Source: Devosiaceae bacterium (GTDB lineage Bacteria > Pseudomonadota > Alphaproteobacteria > Rhizobiales > Devosiaceae). Taken from it: a stretch of 64,000 nt of DNA. The notes under the pieces are model-generated. The model searched no databases. It worked only from the letters and a program-made list of their open reading frames with translations, and was not told the DNA's origin. Each line of letters starts with the position of its first letter. Position 1 is the stretch's first letter. The stretch is from positions 308,888 through 372,887 of the forward strand of contig CAXXFU010000017.1 in NCBI GenBank assembly GCA_963675235.2, given 5' to 3'. Position numbers and translations under genes: made by a program. This document shows, in pieces, positions 1 to 8,985 of the stretch.

Positions 1-671
1 TCGGTTTCCAGCCCGGAGAGCGACTGGCCGATCTTGCCGATCTCGCTGCGCGGTCCGGTGGCGGTGACTTCGGCCAGCCCGGTGCCGCGCACAACCAGCG
101 AACCGGAGAAAACGAACGGCAGGTTGTCGCCGCCCGGACGTGGCGTCCCGCTTGTGCTGTCCGCATTGGCCAATTTTCCTACCGGCACAGATTCACCGGT
201 CAGCAGCGATTCGTCGGTCAGCAGGTCCTGGGCACGGATGAGCCGGGCATCGGCGGGCACGCGGTCGCCTTCGGCAAGGACGATGAGGTCGCCGCGCGCC
301 ACCTCGCGACCGGCGATACGGGTCGGCTCGCCATCGCGGATGACCAGCGCCCGCGGCGAGGTCAGGTTCTTGAGCGCGTCGAGAACCTTTTCCGATCGCG
401 CTTCCTGAATGATTGTCATGCCGACCGACAGGCAGGCAAAGCCGAGCAGAAGGCTGGCATCGAAGGGCTCGCCGATGAGCAAATAGACAATGCCGCCGCC
501 GAGCAGCAGTGCCAGCATCGGTTCCTTGAGAACATCGAGCGCGATGGTGAAAAACGTGCGCTTTTCCTGGCGCGGGAGCTCGTTGTAGCCCTCCTCGCGA
601 AGGCGCGCCGCCGCTTCGGCGGCACTCAAGCCCTTTGCAGACGTGGAATTCAGATCCGTGGAATCAGCCAT
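1..671 (-). CDS. Cation-transporting P-type ATPase, N-terminal part (gene continues beyond the window edge)
   Basis: Absent from the ORF track because it is open at the window edge. My reverse-strand translation from the ATG at 669-671 reads MADSTDLNSTSAKGLSAAEAAARLREEGYNELPRQEKRTFFTIALDVLKEPMLALLLGGGIVYLLIGEP...IIQEARSEKVLDALKNL...DESLLTGESVPV. That is the typical Cation_ATPase_N region, first TM pair and TGES actuator motif. Confidence 0.85.
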   Translation of the reverse strand, partial: MADSTDLNSTSAKGLSAAEAAARLREEGYNELPRQEKRTFFTIALDVLKEPMLALLLGGGIVYLLIGEPFDASLLLGFACLSVGMTIIQEARSEKVLDALKNLTSPRALVIRDGEPTRIAGREVARGDLIVLAEGDRVPADARLIRAQDLLTDESLLTGESVPVGKLANADSTSGTPRPGGDNLPFVFSGSLVVRGTGLAEVTATGPRSEIGKIGQSLSGLET

Positions 672-791
672 TGTCCTGTCGATGCCCAGCCACTGCGAGA
701 CCGCAAGGATAACGTGCATGGATGTGGGAAGACTTGATTTTCCTCGCAAGACAGGGCGCGCGGCACAATTTGTCGCGCGCCCGGGAAAAGG

Positions 792-1823
792 TCAGCGGCC
801 GCCTTCGTACTTGCGGTGCCGCTGGGCGATGCCCTGCGAGCCATAGGGATAGTCGTCCATCTCCGGACGGCTGACCTTGTCGAGTGCGTTGAGGTCATCG
901 CTGGTCAGCACCAGGTCGGCGGCGCCGAGATTGTCCTTGAGCTGTTCGGGCGTGCGTGCGCCGAGGATGACCGAGGTCACCGCCGGCTGCGCCGCCAGCC
1001 AGGCCAGCGACACCTGCGCCATGCTGACGCCGTGGGCTTCGGCGAGCTTTTCGACTGTGGCAATCACTTCCCAGGTCCTTTCCTGGGCGTTGCGCGGCGC
1101 ATAGGCCTCCATGCCGCGATTGGGGTTCTCACCGAGGCGGGTGGCGCCCGTCGGCAGGGTGTCGCGCTTGTACTTGCCGGCAAGCCAGCCGCCGGCGAGC
1201 GGCGACCAGGGCAGCAGGCCGATATTGGCATCAAGGCAGGCCGGCACGATCTCGTGCTCGATGTCGCGGGCCAAAAGGTTGTATTGCGGCTGCAGGGTCG
1301 CAGGCATGGTGAAGTGGCGGGCACGGGCCTCGTAGACCGCCTTGGTGATCTGCCATCCGAGATAGTTGGAAAAACCGTAATAGGCGATCTTGCCGGCGCT
1401 GACGGCATCATCGAGGAACCTCAGGGTCTCCTCGATCGGGGTCAGGGCATCCCAGGCGTGCATCTGGTAGAGATCGATCCTGTCGACGCCGAGGCGCTTG
1501 AGCGAGGCATTGAGGGCATCGTCGAGATGCCGGCGTGACAGGCCGACATCATTGGGGCCGTTGCCCATCGGGAAGCGTCCCTTGGTGGCGATGACGACCT
1601 GGCTTGCCTCGGTCGGACGCGCCTTGAGCCAGCGGCCGATGATCTCCTCGGATGCGCCGGTGGTGTAGACGTCGGCAGTGTCGAAGAAATTGCCGCCGGC
1701 GGCCATGTAATCGTCCATGATCTGGAACGAGGCTTCTTCGGACGACTCGGTGCCGAAGGTCATGGTGCCGAGGCACAGATGGGTGACGACGGCGCCGGAA
1801 TTTCCGAGCTTGCGGTGGTGCAT
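792..1823 (-). CDS. Aldo/keto reductase family oxidoreductase
   Basis: ORF 792..1943, with the start re-chosen at the internal Met (MHHRKLGNSGAVVTHLCLGTMTFG). AKR-typical motifs are present: DTADVY, LGVDRIDLYQMH, GFSNY, LLPWSPLAGG. Confidence 0.85.
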   Translation of the reverse strand: MHHRKLGNSGAVVTHLCLGTMTFGTESSEEASFQIMDDYMAAGGNFFDTADVYTTGASEEIIGRWLKARPTEASQVVIATKGRFPMGNGPNDVGLSRRHLDDALNASLKRLGVDRIDLYQMHAWDALTPIEETLRFLDDAVSAGKIAYYGFSNYLGWQITKAVYEARARHFTMPATLQPQYNLLARDIEHEIVPACLDANIGLLPWSPLAGGWLAGKYKRDTLPTGATRLGENPNRGMEAYAPRNAQERTWEVIATVEKLAEAHGVSMAQVSLAWLAAQPAVTSVILGARTPEQLKDNLGAADLVLTSDDLNALDKVSRPEMDDYPYGSQGIAQRHRKYEGGR

Positions 1824-2014
1824 GTGGTTCCCTCCAAAGCGGATTGGCCGCACGGCGGCGGCGGCTGTAGCTGCGACAATTGCGGGCAAAAAACGCAAAA
1901 AAGTGTGTACCCACTGTTTAGCCCGGGCCGATGGGCAAAACAAGACAGCGCTAACATTTTACCTCTGCCGCGTGCATCGGGCGGCGCATCACAGGTTGGA
2001 TCTGGCTGGTTATC

Positions 2015-3979
2015 TCAGGCGACGCGGTCCGAGCTGAGCGCCGCCGCGCCGCTGGTTCCGGCGAGCTTGAACAGGTTCACCAGCGCGTCAATTTCATTGA
2101 CCCGGTCATCCATCCTGGCGATGGCGCTGTTGGTCTGTTCGGCCAGGGCGGCATTGTTCTGGGTCATCTTCTCGAGCTCGTTGACCGAGGTGTCGATCTC
2201 GCCGATGGCCCTGGCCTGTTCGTGGCTTTGTCGCGAAATGGCTTCCATCTCGGCGGTGTTCTCGGCCATCACCGCCAGCATCGACAACAGCCGCTCGGCA
2301 GCGTCACCGACAAGCCGCGTGCCGCCGGCGACTTCTTCACCGGACTGCTCGATAAGCGCCTTGACCTCGGCGCTCGCTTCGGCGGCGGATTGCGCCAGGC
2401 GCCGGACCTCGACGGCGACGACGGCAAAGCCCTTGCCGGCGTCGCCAGCACGAGCGGCCTCGACCGAGGCGTTGAGCGACAGCAGATTGGTCTGGAAGGC
2501 AATGTCGTCGATCATTCCGATGATGCTGGAGATCCGGGCGCTCGAGGCCGAGATGCGCTCCATGGCATCGGTCGCCTGTTCCATGACCTTGCCGCCTTCG
2601 CGGGCCGAGGCCGACATGGCGGCCGACTTGTCATGCACCTCGCCGGCCTTTTCGGCGCTGCCAGCGACGGTGGCGGCGATGTGTGTCATGGCACCGGACG
2701 TTTCCGAAACGATCACGGCCTGCTTGCCGGTGCGGGTGCCGAGGTCCTTGGCGCCTGCAAGAATGTCTGCGGTGGCCGATTTCAGCACCGACGAGGTCTC
2801 GCGCAGCCGACCGACGATTTCGGTCAGCCGGTCGGCCACGGCATTGGTGTCGTTCTTGAGATGGCTGAAGGCGCCGCGGAACTCGGAGGTGACGCGACGG
2901 GTCAGATCGTCGTGGGCGATGGCCTCGAGCGTTTTGCCGATCTCTATGACGCTATGCTCGACGCCCGACATCAGCGCATTCATGTTGCCGGCCAGGCGGT
3001 CGAGATCTTCGCGGTCGTAGCGGGTTTCGATGCGGGCGGAGAACTCGCCCTCGGCAGCAGCGGCGACAACGCGCGAGACCTCGGCCTGCAGCGCATCGCG
3101 GAGCTTTCGTTCGTCCGCCTCGCGCCGCTGATCGGCCTGCTTGTCCTGGTTCAGGTCCTGCATGGCCTTGCCGTTGTCGCGAAACACGCCGATCGATTTG
3201 AACAGGTGCGACATCTCCTGCCAGCGCGACTTGCCGAGGCTCGGCGCATCGTAATTGCCGTTGGCAATCTCGGTTGCAGTGGCCGCGACCGTGTTGAGCA
3301 GGTTGAACTGGTGGCGGGTGAACACGGCCATGCCGATGATGGCGAGGATGATGACGATATTGCCGCCGGTGGTGACGTTGCTGCGCAGCGATTCAAGCGC
3401 CAGCGCCTCCTGTTCGCGCGCATGCGCGGTCTGCAACTGCTCGGCGACCAGCACGTCGATCTCGGCGAGCACGGCATCGATGGTGGCGGAAATCTCTTCG
3501 GCGGCGGCATCGAAGCCCGCCATCATGACGTTGCCGCCGGCCGGCCCATCGGCGACATAGGCGGCGGCCATGATCCTGCCGGTCTCGTAGAACGGCCCGA
3601 AGGCGGCTTCGACGGCATCGAAGCTCTTGGCGATGTCGTCCCGCCCGAGTTCACGGGCAAGGCGTCGCCCGGTGTCTATATCCTCGGAAAGCCGGACGGC
3701 ATAGCCCGCGGCCCGATCGAGCCCGTCGTCCAGTCCGTCGCGCCCGCGCGTCGCCGAAATATCGGTCAGCCATTGCTGCACCTGCACCACGTCGAGACGC
3801 ACGTCCGTGGCCTTGAGAGCAAGCTTGCGGCTCGAATCGAGCGTTTCGATATTGGAGGACATCACCGCCCGCGAGGCGTCATCGGCGGACTGGCCAATCA
3901 TGAAGTTGGCAACGGCGAACAGGGTCGACAGGACGATCATCACCCCGGCCCCGACTGTGATGAACTGGGTCAAGCGCAT
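2015..3979 (-). CDS. Methyl-accepting chemotaxis protein
   Basis: 654-aa ORF with an N-terminal TM helix, a second TM helix followed by a HAMP-like segment, and the conserved MCP signalling core (IAFQTNLLSLNASVEAARAGDAGKGFAVVAVEVRRLA). Confidence 0.9.
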   Translation of the reverse strand: MRLTQFITVGAGVMIVLSTLFAVANFMIGQSADDASRAVMSSNIETLDSSRKLALKATDVRLDVVQVQQWLTDISATRGRDGLDDGLDRAAGYAVRLSEDIDTGRRLARELGRDDIAKSFDAVEAAFGPFYETGRIMAAAYVADGPAGGNVMMAGFDAAAEEISATIDAVLAEIDVLVAEQLQTAHAREQEALALESLRSNVTTGGNIVIILAIIGMAVFTRHQFNLLNTVAATATEIANGNYDAPSLGKSRWQEMSHLFKSIGVFRDNGKAMQDLNQDKQADQRREADERKLRDALQAEVSRVVAAAAEGEFSARIETRYDREDLDRLAGNMNALMSGVEHSVIEIGKTLEAIAHDDLTRRVTSEFRGAFSHLKNDTNAVADRLTEIVGRLRETSSVLKSATADILAGAKDLGTRTGKQAVIVSETSGAMTHIAATVAGSAEKAGEVHDKSAAMSASAREGGKVMEQATDAMERISASSARISSIIGMIDDIAFQTNLLSLNASVEAARAGDAGKGFAVVAVEVRRLAQSAAEASAEVKALIEQSGEEVAGGTRLVGDAAERLLSMLAVMAENTAEMEAISRQSHEQARAIGEIDTSVNELEKMTQNNAALAEQTNSAIARMDDRVNEIDALVNLFKLAGTSGAAALSSDRVA

Positions 3980-4299
3980 TGGCGAGAGCCTTCGACTTGT
4001 GCGTCCGGAAACCTTTATGACCTTTCAGGGTTAACAATAATTTCCCGCACTGAGTCAGCACGCCCGACATTGGTGCAAAGCCAGGTGTTCACGGAAAACT
4101 GCGCGGAAAGAGCAGGAAAGAGTCCGGTTTTGCCTGGAATTGCCCCTTGGCGCAGGTGTTCATCTGCGCGCGATCGATCCGGGCAGATCGGTGGGTGCGC
4201 AAAGGCATCCCATCAACTCGGCAGCATGGCGTTTGCGGGAAAGCACCGCGGGGAACACATCGCCAAAATCGCGCCGGTTCCGCATTTCCGCCGCCACAC

Positions 4300-4800
4300 T
4301 CAGACTGGCCAGAACAGCAGCGTGACCGAGTTGCGAAACAGCAGGATCTGCCGCACCAGAACGTCGGGCTCCATGAGGGTCCTGGCCAGAACGATGCCGC
4401 CTTCAACCATGCCGGAGAGCATGCGGCCGAAGCATAGAAATCGACCTGCTCGCGCGGCAGCGTCCTCGCGCCGGCAAAGGCCGAAGGCTTTGAAACGGGC
4501 AGCGCCTGCACGCAGCAGGCGGGCATGGGGCGCAAGTCACCCGGATGCCGGTAGTCGGCGATAAAGGGCGGCTGGCGCCCCATGCCTTCCGGGTCTCCTG
4601 CGGTCCGGCGGCGGGAGCCTTGCTCGCTTCGTCCAGAACGGCTTTTGACCGTCCCCCAAGGCCGCGGGCCTCGGCACCGTATCGCACCTCAAGAGCAAGA
4701 AGGCGCGCGACCACGCCCTGCCCCGGACCCTGAATGGAGCGTTCGTCGCACTCCGCCCTGTCACTCAGGTGAGGGGGAGTATGGGAGCGGGAAAAGCGAG
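4300..4800 (-). pseudogene. Decayed TetR-family regulator paralogue (frameshifted remnant)
   Basis: Nucleotides about 4303-4432 align by eye with the 3' end of the intact TetR gene at about 7086-7212. The reverse translation gives RMLSGMVEGGIVLARTLMEPDVLVRQILLFRNSVTLLFWPV*, compared with DMLSGIVEGGIVLAKALKEPEVLARQILLFRNYVKLLFQPS* in the intact gene. Upstream similarity (REQVDFY vs REPVDYD; RHPGDL vs GHPGCL) appears only in other frames, so there are several frameshifts. The 5' limit is uncertain. Confidence 0.45.
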
Positions 4801-4856
4801 GGGGATTAGTTTTTGACCGAGGTGAGGCCTTGGGTTCGGCCATCGGCTTGCTTCAC

Positions 4857-4884
4857 GCACAAAAAGCGGCGCCCGAGCGCCGCT
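4857..4884 (-). terminator. Rho-independent terminator downstream of the VPLPA-CTERM gene
   Basis: Stem AGCGGCGC / GCGCCGCT (4865-4872 and 4877-4884) with loop CCGA. The plus-strand A-run 4861-4865 gives a U-tract on the minus strand. Confidence 0.55.
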
Positions 4885-4914
4885 TCTGTTGTTTCGGATC
4901 TGTTGTGCCGGCGA

Positions 4915-5574
4915 TCAGCTCTTGCGGCGACGCCCGATGAAGCCAAGCAGTCCGAGACCGCCGAGCAGCAGCGGCGCGGCGGCCGGAAGCGGCACGACAG
5001 CGGCATCGCCGTAAACGTCGAGACTGGCGGAGTAGAGCTTGAAGTCATCCCTGCCCGACGTTTCTTCCGAGAACCAGAACGACAAGGCGCTCTGTGCCAT
5101 TGTCCGAGCCCAGACGCTCACACCACTTGCATCCATTGCCGTCGACAGGGTGATCGCAAGCGTGGAAATCCCACGGGACTGGGTCAACCTGACAAATTCA
5201 TCGTCATACTGGGCGCTGCCGTCCGTCCCCTGAAGACGTGCGAACCAAGCTTCACCAGTCCAGTACGCCCCGAAATCGCCGAAGTCCCAGTAGGTGCCGC
5301 GACCGACACCAGAATAGGAAAGCGACAGCACCATGCTGGAGATGGACGTCGCCGGCGCGAGCTGACCGGCATAATTCATGGTGTCATGGAAACGGTGAGA
5401 TGATTTGTCGCTGACGGTGACATAGCCGTTGCCGAGCACGTCATTGCCGCCCGGATCGTAGCCATTGATCCCGTAATCATGCGTAACCGTTCCGAGAAGC
5501 GTTGCCGCCTGTCCCGCTCCGGCCGTCAGGCCGAATGCAAGCGCGGCGATTGCGATGGACTTGAGCAGTTTCAA
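4915..5574 (-). CDS. Secreted protein with a VPLPA-CTERM (PEP-CTERM-like) C-terminal sorting signal
   Basis: N-terminal signal peptide MKLLKSIAIAALAFGLTAGAGQA. The C-terminus is VVPLPAAAPLLLGGLGLLGFIGRRRKS, i.e. VPLPA motif, hydrophobic helix and basic tail. Confidence 0.75.
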   Translation of the reverse strand: MKLLKSIAIAALAFGLTAGAGQAATLLGTVTHDYGINGYDPGGNDVLGNGYVTVSDKSSHRFHDTMNYAGQLAPATSISSMVLSLSYSGVGRGTYWDFGDFGAYWTGEAWFARLQGTDGSAQYDDEFVRLTQSRGISTLAITLSTAMDASGVSVWARTMAQSALSFWFSEETSGRDDFKLYSASLDVYGDAAVVPLPAAAPLLLGGLGLLGFIGRRRKS

Positions 5575-5984
5575 AGTAACCCCCTATGCAAAAACCGGTC
5601 CAAAATTATCAATAATTACCTATTTGGATCAGCAGGTTAGGGCATGTTTGAAAGCGCCTGCCGCGAGTGTCAATGCTTCGTTAACTCTCCGAAATCCGTC
5701 CACCTTTCGTGCTCGCAGGCGCGGATCTGTTGTTGCTGATGCAGATTCCTCATACCGCCGCGCTGTCCGCTATCCGTGCCCAATAATACCTGGCAAGCGC
5801 GAAGTCATTCTCGTCTTGCGGATAGGATTCCATTGCGCCTCTTGCAGGGCCGAACGCTTTCCATTCGCCATGCCGCGTGCTGATCACTGGGGGATTTGTC
5901 GGCTCAATTGTGAAGCGAAGATTGGCATATTTACCTAGTTGAGATTACTTGCACCTTCGCCGGCGCGACCTCTTTGACTGCGCC

Positions 5985-6167
5985 ACTCGGCCGCAGGGGC
6001 CGGCCAAGTTGTGGCGGCCGACGCCGGCAACATTTCCCCCTTGCCATCCGCATAGAACCGCCATCCAGCGCGAGAAGACCCTCACGCATTGGAAGCGCGC
6101 CGGGTAGATCGCGCTGGTCGAGGAAGGCAATCCCGATTGGCGGGATCTGGCCGAGGAGCTGAACCGG
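5985..6167 (+). pseudogene. GIY-YIG nuclease family gene remnant (internal stop, lost stop codon)
   Basis: The frame from 6060 reads AIQREKTLTHWKRAG*IALVEEGNPDWRDLAEELNR, with a TAG at 6105-6107 where family members have Trp (AWK). This matches the C-terminal consensus of the small GIY-YIG proteins common in Rhizobiales. Upstream codons are degenerate. Confidence 0.5.
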
Positions 6168-6197
6168 TTAGCGGGGCTGTGGCCGGCGGGAACGGGT

Positions 6198-6268
6198 CCC
6201 GGGGTCCATGGATGGGTGCGCCAAGGGCAACCGGGTCATGGATCCTCGGGTCAAGCCCGAGGATGACG
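6198..6268. repeat. ~70-nt hairpin-containing intergenic repeat (copy 1)
   Basis: GGGGTCCATGGATGG...CATGGATCCTCGGGTCAAGCCCGAGGATGACG, with hairpin TCCTCGGG/CCCGAGGA at 6243-6263. It is closely similar to 9115-9183. Confidence 0.6.
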
Positions 6269-6340
6269 GGGCGGAGAGTGGTGCGTTTGCCTAGTCGTCA
6301 CGGTAATCTGTCGGGACATATCAGGTGAAAGACATCCGGC

Positions 6341-7036
6341 TTGAAAGAAACTGACCTTTATCCGGCGATCAAGGCCTACCTCGAAGCGCAGGGCTATGAG
6401 GTCAAATCGGAGGTCTGCGGGTGCGATGTGATGGCGGTGCGCGACAACGAGCCGCCGGTCATCGTCGAGCTGAAGACCGGGTTCACCCTGCCCCTGTTGT
6501 TGCAGGGCGTCGACCGGCTGGCGGTGAGCGACCGGGTCTATCTGGCCTTCGCGGTTGGCGAGGTGGTGACGAAAAATGCGCTGTGGGGCAAAAGCAAAAA
6601 GCAGATCATCAAGCTCTGCCGCCGCCTCGGTCTCGGCCTGATCAGCGTCCGGATCAATGAGGGCCGGGACGATCTGGTCGAGGTGCATCTCGACCCCGTC
6701 CCTTACGTGCCGCGCAAGGACAAGACGCGGCAGGGGCGGCTGTTGCGCGAGTTCGCCTCACGCGTCGGCGACCCCAACGAGGGCGGCGTGACGCGCAAAA
6801 CCATCATGACCGCCTATCGCCAGGACGCGCTACGGTGCCTCAAACACCTCGACCGCAACGGCCCCACCAAACTGGCCGATCTGCGCAAGGCAACCGGCGT
6901 GCAGCGGGCCGCCGGCATCTTGCAGGATGACCATTACGGCTGGTTCGAGCGGGTTGAACGCGGGGTGTACCAGTTGACGCCGAAGGGCGTGGCGGCGGTG
7001 GGGGAGTTTGCCGAGGCGCTGGCGGAGCTGCGGTGA
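6341..7036 (+). CDS. DUF2161-like protein (putative PD-(D/E)xK nuclease-fold N-terminus with a winged-helix C-terminus)
   Basis: 231-aa ORF with a TTG start. The N-terminus is YPAIKAYLEAQGYEVKSEVCGCDVMAVRDNEPPVIVELKTGFTLPLLLQG (a D...ELK pattern). The C-terminal part resembles a wHTH. Family assignment is from memory of DUF2161. Confidence 0.65.
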   Translation: MKETDLYPAIKAYLEAQGYEVKSEVCGCDVMAVRDNEPPVIVELKTGFTLPLLLQGVDRLAVSDRVYLAFAVGEVVTKNALWGKSKKQIIKLCRRLGLGLISVRINEGRDDLVEVHLDPVPYVPRKDKTRQGRLLREFASRVGDPNEGGVTRKTIMTAYRQDALRCLKHLDRNGPTKLADLRKATGVQRAAGILQDDHYGWFERVERGVYQLTPKGVAAVGEFAEALAELR

Positions 7037-7085
7037 TGGCGGGAGCCGGTGCGGATGCGGCCTTATCCTGAGCCGTTCGCCGCAG

Positions 7086-7697
7086 TCAGGACGGCTGGAA
7101 CAGCAGCTTGACGTAATTGCGAAACAGCAAGATCTGCCGCGCCAGGACCTCGGGTTCCTTCAGAGCCTTGGCGAGAACGATGCCGCCTTCGACGATACCG
7201 GACAGCATGTCGGCCAGTGCATCGTAATCGACCGGTTCGCGCGTCGGATAGACAGCGCCAATATCCTCGAACAGAGCACGGAAGCGACGGCGCCACGCCA
7301 GCATCGCCTTCTGGTTCAGCGCCTGCACGTCCTTGTCGAACAGGCGTTCCTGATAGCACGCGGCGGCAATCAGACATCCCGGGTGACCGTTGGGCATGTC
7401 ACCCAGCAGTTCAGCAAGCAATTTCAGCCCGATGAGCACGCGTTGCAGCGGGTCCTCGGACAGTTCTCCGGCGCGGTCAAACACGCCGTCGAAAAGCACT
7501 TCCTCGGAGCTGATGTAGCGTTCGAGCATCGCCCGCGCCAAAGCGTTCTTGTCGGCGAAATGATAAAAGAAGCCGCCGCGCGTGATCTCGACCGCAGCGA
7601 CGATCTCGTCGATCGAGGTTGCTTCGAATCCCTTGGCAAGCACCGCCGCCTCGGCCGTTTCGAGAATGCGGGTGCGTGTGTCCGTGCCTCTGGCCAT
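7086..7697 (-). CDS. TetR/AcrR family transcriptional regulator
   Basis: ORF 7086..7718, with the start re-chosen at the ATG at 7697 (MARGTDTRTRILETA), which is preceded by GGAG with 7-nt spacing. HTH region: FEATSIDEIVAAVEITRGGFFYHFADKNAL. Confidence 0.9.
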   Translation of the reverse strand: MARGTDTRTRILETAEAAVLAKGFEATSIDEIVAAVEITRGGFFYHFADKNALARAMLERYISSEEVLFDGVFDRAGELSEDPLQRVLIGLKLLAELLGDMPNGHPGCLIAAACYQERLFDKDVQALNQKAMLAWRRRFRALFEDIGAVYPTREPVDYDALADMLSGIVEGGIVLAKALKEPEVLARQILLFRNYVKLLFQPS

Positions 7698-7716
7698 CGC
7701 AAAACTCCGGTTTGCC

Positions 7717-7735
7717 ACTGTACCTACAGTACAGT
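7717..7735. promoter_or_regulatory. Inverted repeat ACTGTAC-N5-GTACAGT, candidate TetR operator
   Basis: Perfect 7-bp arms lie in the divergent tetR / homocysteine-methyltransferase intergenic region, just upstream of the tetR start. Confidence 0.4.
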
Positions 7736-7893
7736 CATCGGGACTTGACTGCGCCGAACTAACCGGCCCTGTTCAAATAACCAATTGAATACACTGATTT
7801 TATTTTCTTTCACCGCACTATACCGCAACTCCACTGGCCGACCAAACACCGTGTGTCTAGGACTCCGGCACAACGAAACAACGGAGTTCAACA

Positions 7894-8838
7894 ATGTCTA
7901 TTCACAGTCTCATGCATGCGCACCGCCCTTTTCTCACCGATGGCGGACTTGAAACCTACATGGTCTTTGACGAAGGCCTCGACCTGCCCTCGTTCGCCTC
8001 GTTCACGCTGCTCGGACATCGGGAGGGCGAAGCCGCCATCTCGCGCTATTTCGAGCGCTTCTTCGAGCTTGCCCGCAAGGCCCAAACCGGCTTTGTCCTC
8101 GACACGCTCACCTGGCGCGCCAACCTGCCCTGGGGACAGTTGATGGGCATCGACCCCGACGAGATCGCGGCGATCAACACGCGCGCCGTCGCTTATGCCA
8201 AGGATCTGCGCGCCGCCTATGGTTCGGAAGACCTGCCGATCCTGATCAATGGCGTCGTCGGTCCGTCCGGAGACGGTTACGATCCGGCAAGCCAGCTATC
8301 GGGCGAGATCGCGCTCGCGGTGCATCTGCCGCAGATCAGGGCTTTGGCCGAGGCCGATGTCGATCTGATCACCGCCATGACCATAACCCATTCCGGCGAG
8401 GCGATCGGCGTGGCGCGGGCGGCGCAGATTGTCGGCAAGCCGGTGGTGATTTCCTTCACCCTCGAAACGGACGGCAAGCTGCCCTCCGGGGAAACGCTCG
8501 AGGACGCCATCACCAAGGTCGATGCGGCAAGCGAGGGCTACCCACTCTATTTCATGATCAATTGCGCCCATCCCGACCATTTCGCCCATCTTCTGTCGTC
8601 AGGCGCGGCTTTTGTTGAACGGCTCGGCGGCATGCGGGCCAATGCGTCGCGCATGAGCCATGCCGAACTCGACGTCGCCGAGGTTCTCGATTCGGGCGAT
8701 CCGGACGAGCTTGGCGGTCAGTATGGCGAACTGATCGACATGCTGCCGAACCTTCGCGTCGTCGGCGGCTGTTGCGGCACCGATCACCGCCATGTCGGTT
8801 GCATCGCCGGCCATACACATCAGGCGGAAGCGGACTGA
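7894..8838 (+). CDS. Homocysteine S-methyltransferase family protein
   Basis: 314 aa. N-terminal LTDGGLETYMVFDEG and the C-terminal zinc-site motif GGCCGTDHRHV are typical of Pfam S-methyl_trans (BHMT/MmuM-like). Confidence 0.85.
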   Translation: MSIHSLMHAHRPFLTDGGLETYMVFDEGLDLPSFASFTLLGHREGEAAISRYFERFFELARKAQTGFVLDTLTWRANLPWGQLMGIDPDEIAAINTRAVAYAKDLRAAYGSEDLPILINGVVGPSGDGYDPASQLSGEIALAVHLPQIRALAEADVDLITAMTITHSGEAIGVARAAQIVGKPVVISFTLETDGKLPSGETLEDAITKVDAASEGYPLYFMINCAHPDHFAHLLSSGAAFVERLGGMRANASRMSHAELDVAEVLDSGDPDELGGQYGELIDMLPNLRVVGGCCGTDHRHVGCIAGHTHQAEAD

Positions 8839-8844
8839 ACCGGC

Positions 8845-8958
8845 GATGGCGGCCAGCGCGAAAAGAGACTCCAGGCGTGGAAACGCGCCTGGAAGATTGC
8901 GCTGATCGAAAAGGACAATCCCGAGTGGCGGGAGTTGTACGGGGAGCTGAACCGGTGA
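8845..8958 (+). pseudogene. GIY-YIG nuclease family gene, C-terminal fragment only
   Basis: The frame from 8854 reads QREKRLQAWKRAWKIALIEKDNPEWRELYGELNR*, with the stop at 8956-8958. It begins directly after the stop of the preceding gene, so the GIY-YIG catalytic N-terminus is missing. Confidence 0.6.
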
Positions 8959-8985
8959 GCCGGCGGCTGTGGTGAGCGGGAATGG

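Noticed and set aside
2222-4564. 780-aa plus-strand ORF. Similar very long ORFs occur at 21004..23118 (+), 50012..51859 (-), 58705..60201 (+), 13280..14710 (-), 18748..20010 (+), 25561..26865 (+), 52025..53335 (-) and 62000..63085 (-).
   Set aside because: All are antisense shadow ORFs of genes with unmistakable conserved motifs on the other strand (MCP, ftsH, pgk, ABC transporter, EPSPS, glmM, cpoB, Sel1 protein, qor). Their translations are Arg/Gly/Ala/Pro-rich and low in complexity, as expected for stop-poor frames in high-GC DNA.
4089-4843. ORFs 4089..4583 (-), 4403..4843 (-) and neighbours in the gap between the MCP gene and the VPLPA-CTERM gene.
   Set aside because: They overlap one another in different frames. 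Pieces of each match different parts of a TetR protein, so they are better explained as frames of one decayed TetR pseudogene than as genes.
5640-5940. Short minus-strand ORF (up to 45 codons from a GTG, ...GEWKAFGPARGAMESYPQDENDFALARYYWARIADSAAV) and plus-strand ORF 5555..5938.
   Set aside because: The minus-strand ORF is too short, has no convincing start or Shine-Dalgarno sequence and no recognisable family. The plus-strand ORF begins antisense inside the VPLPA-CTERM gene. The region is more likely promoter plus gene debris.
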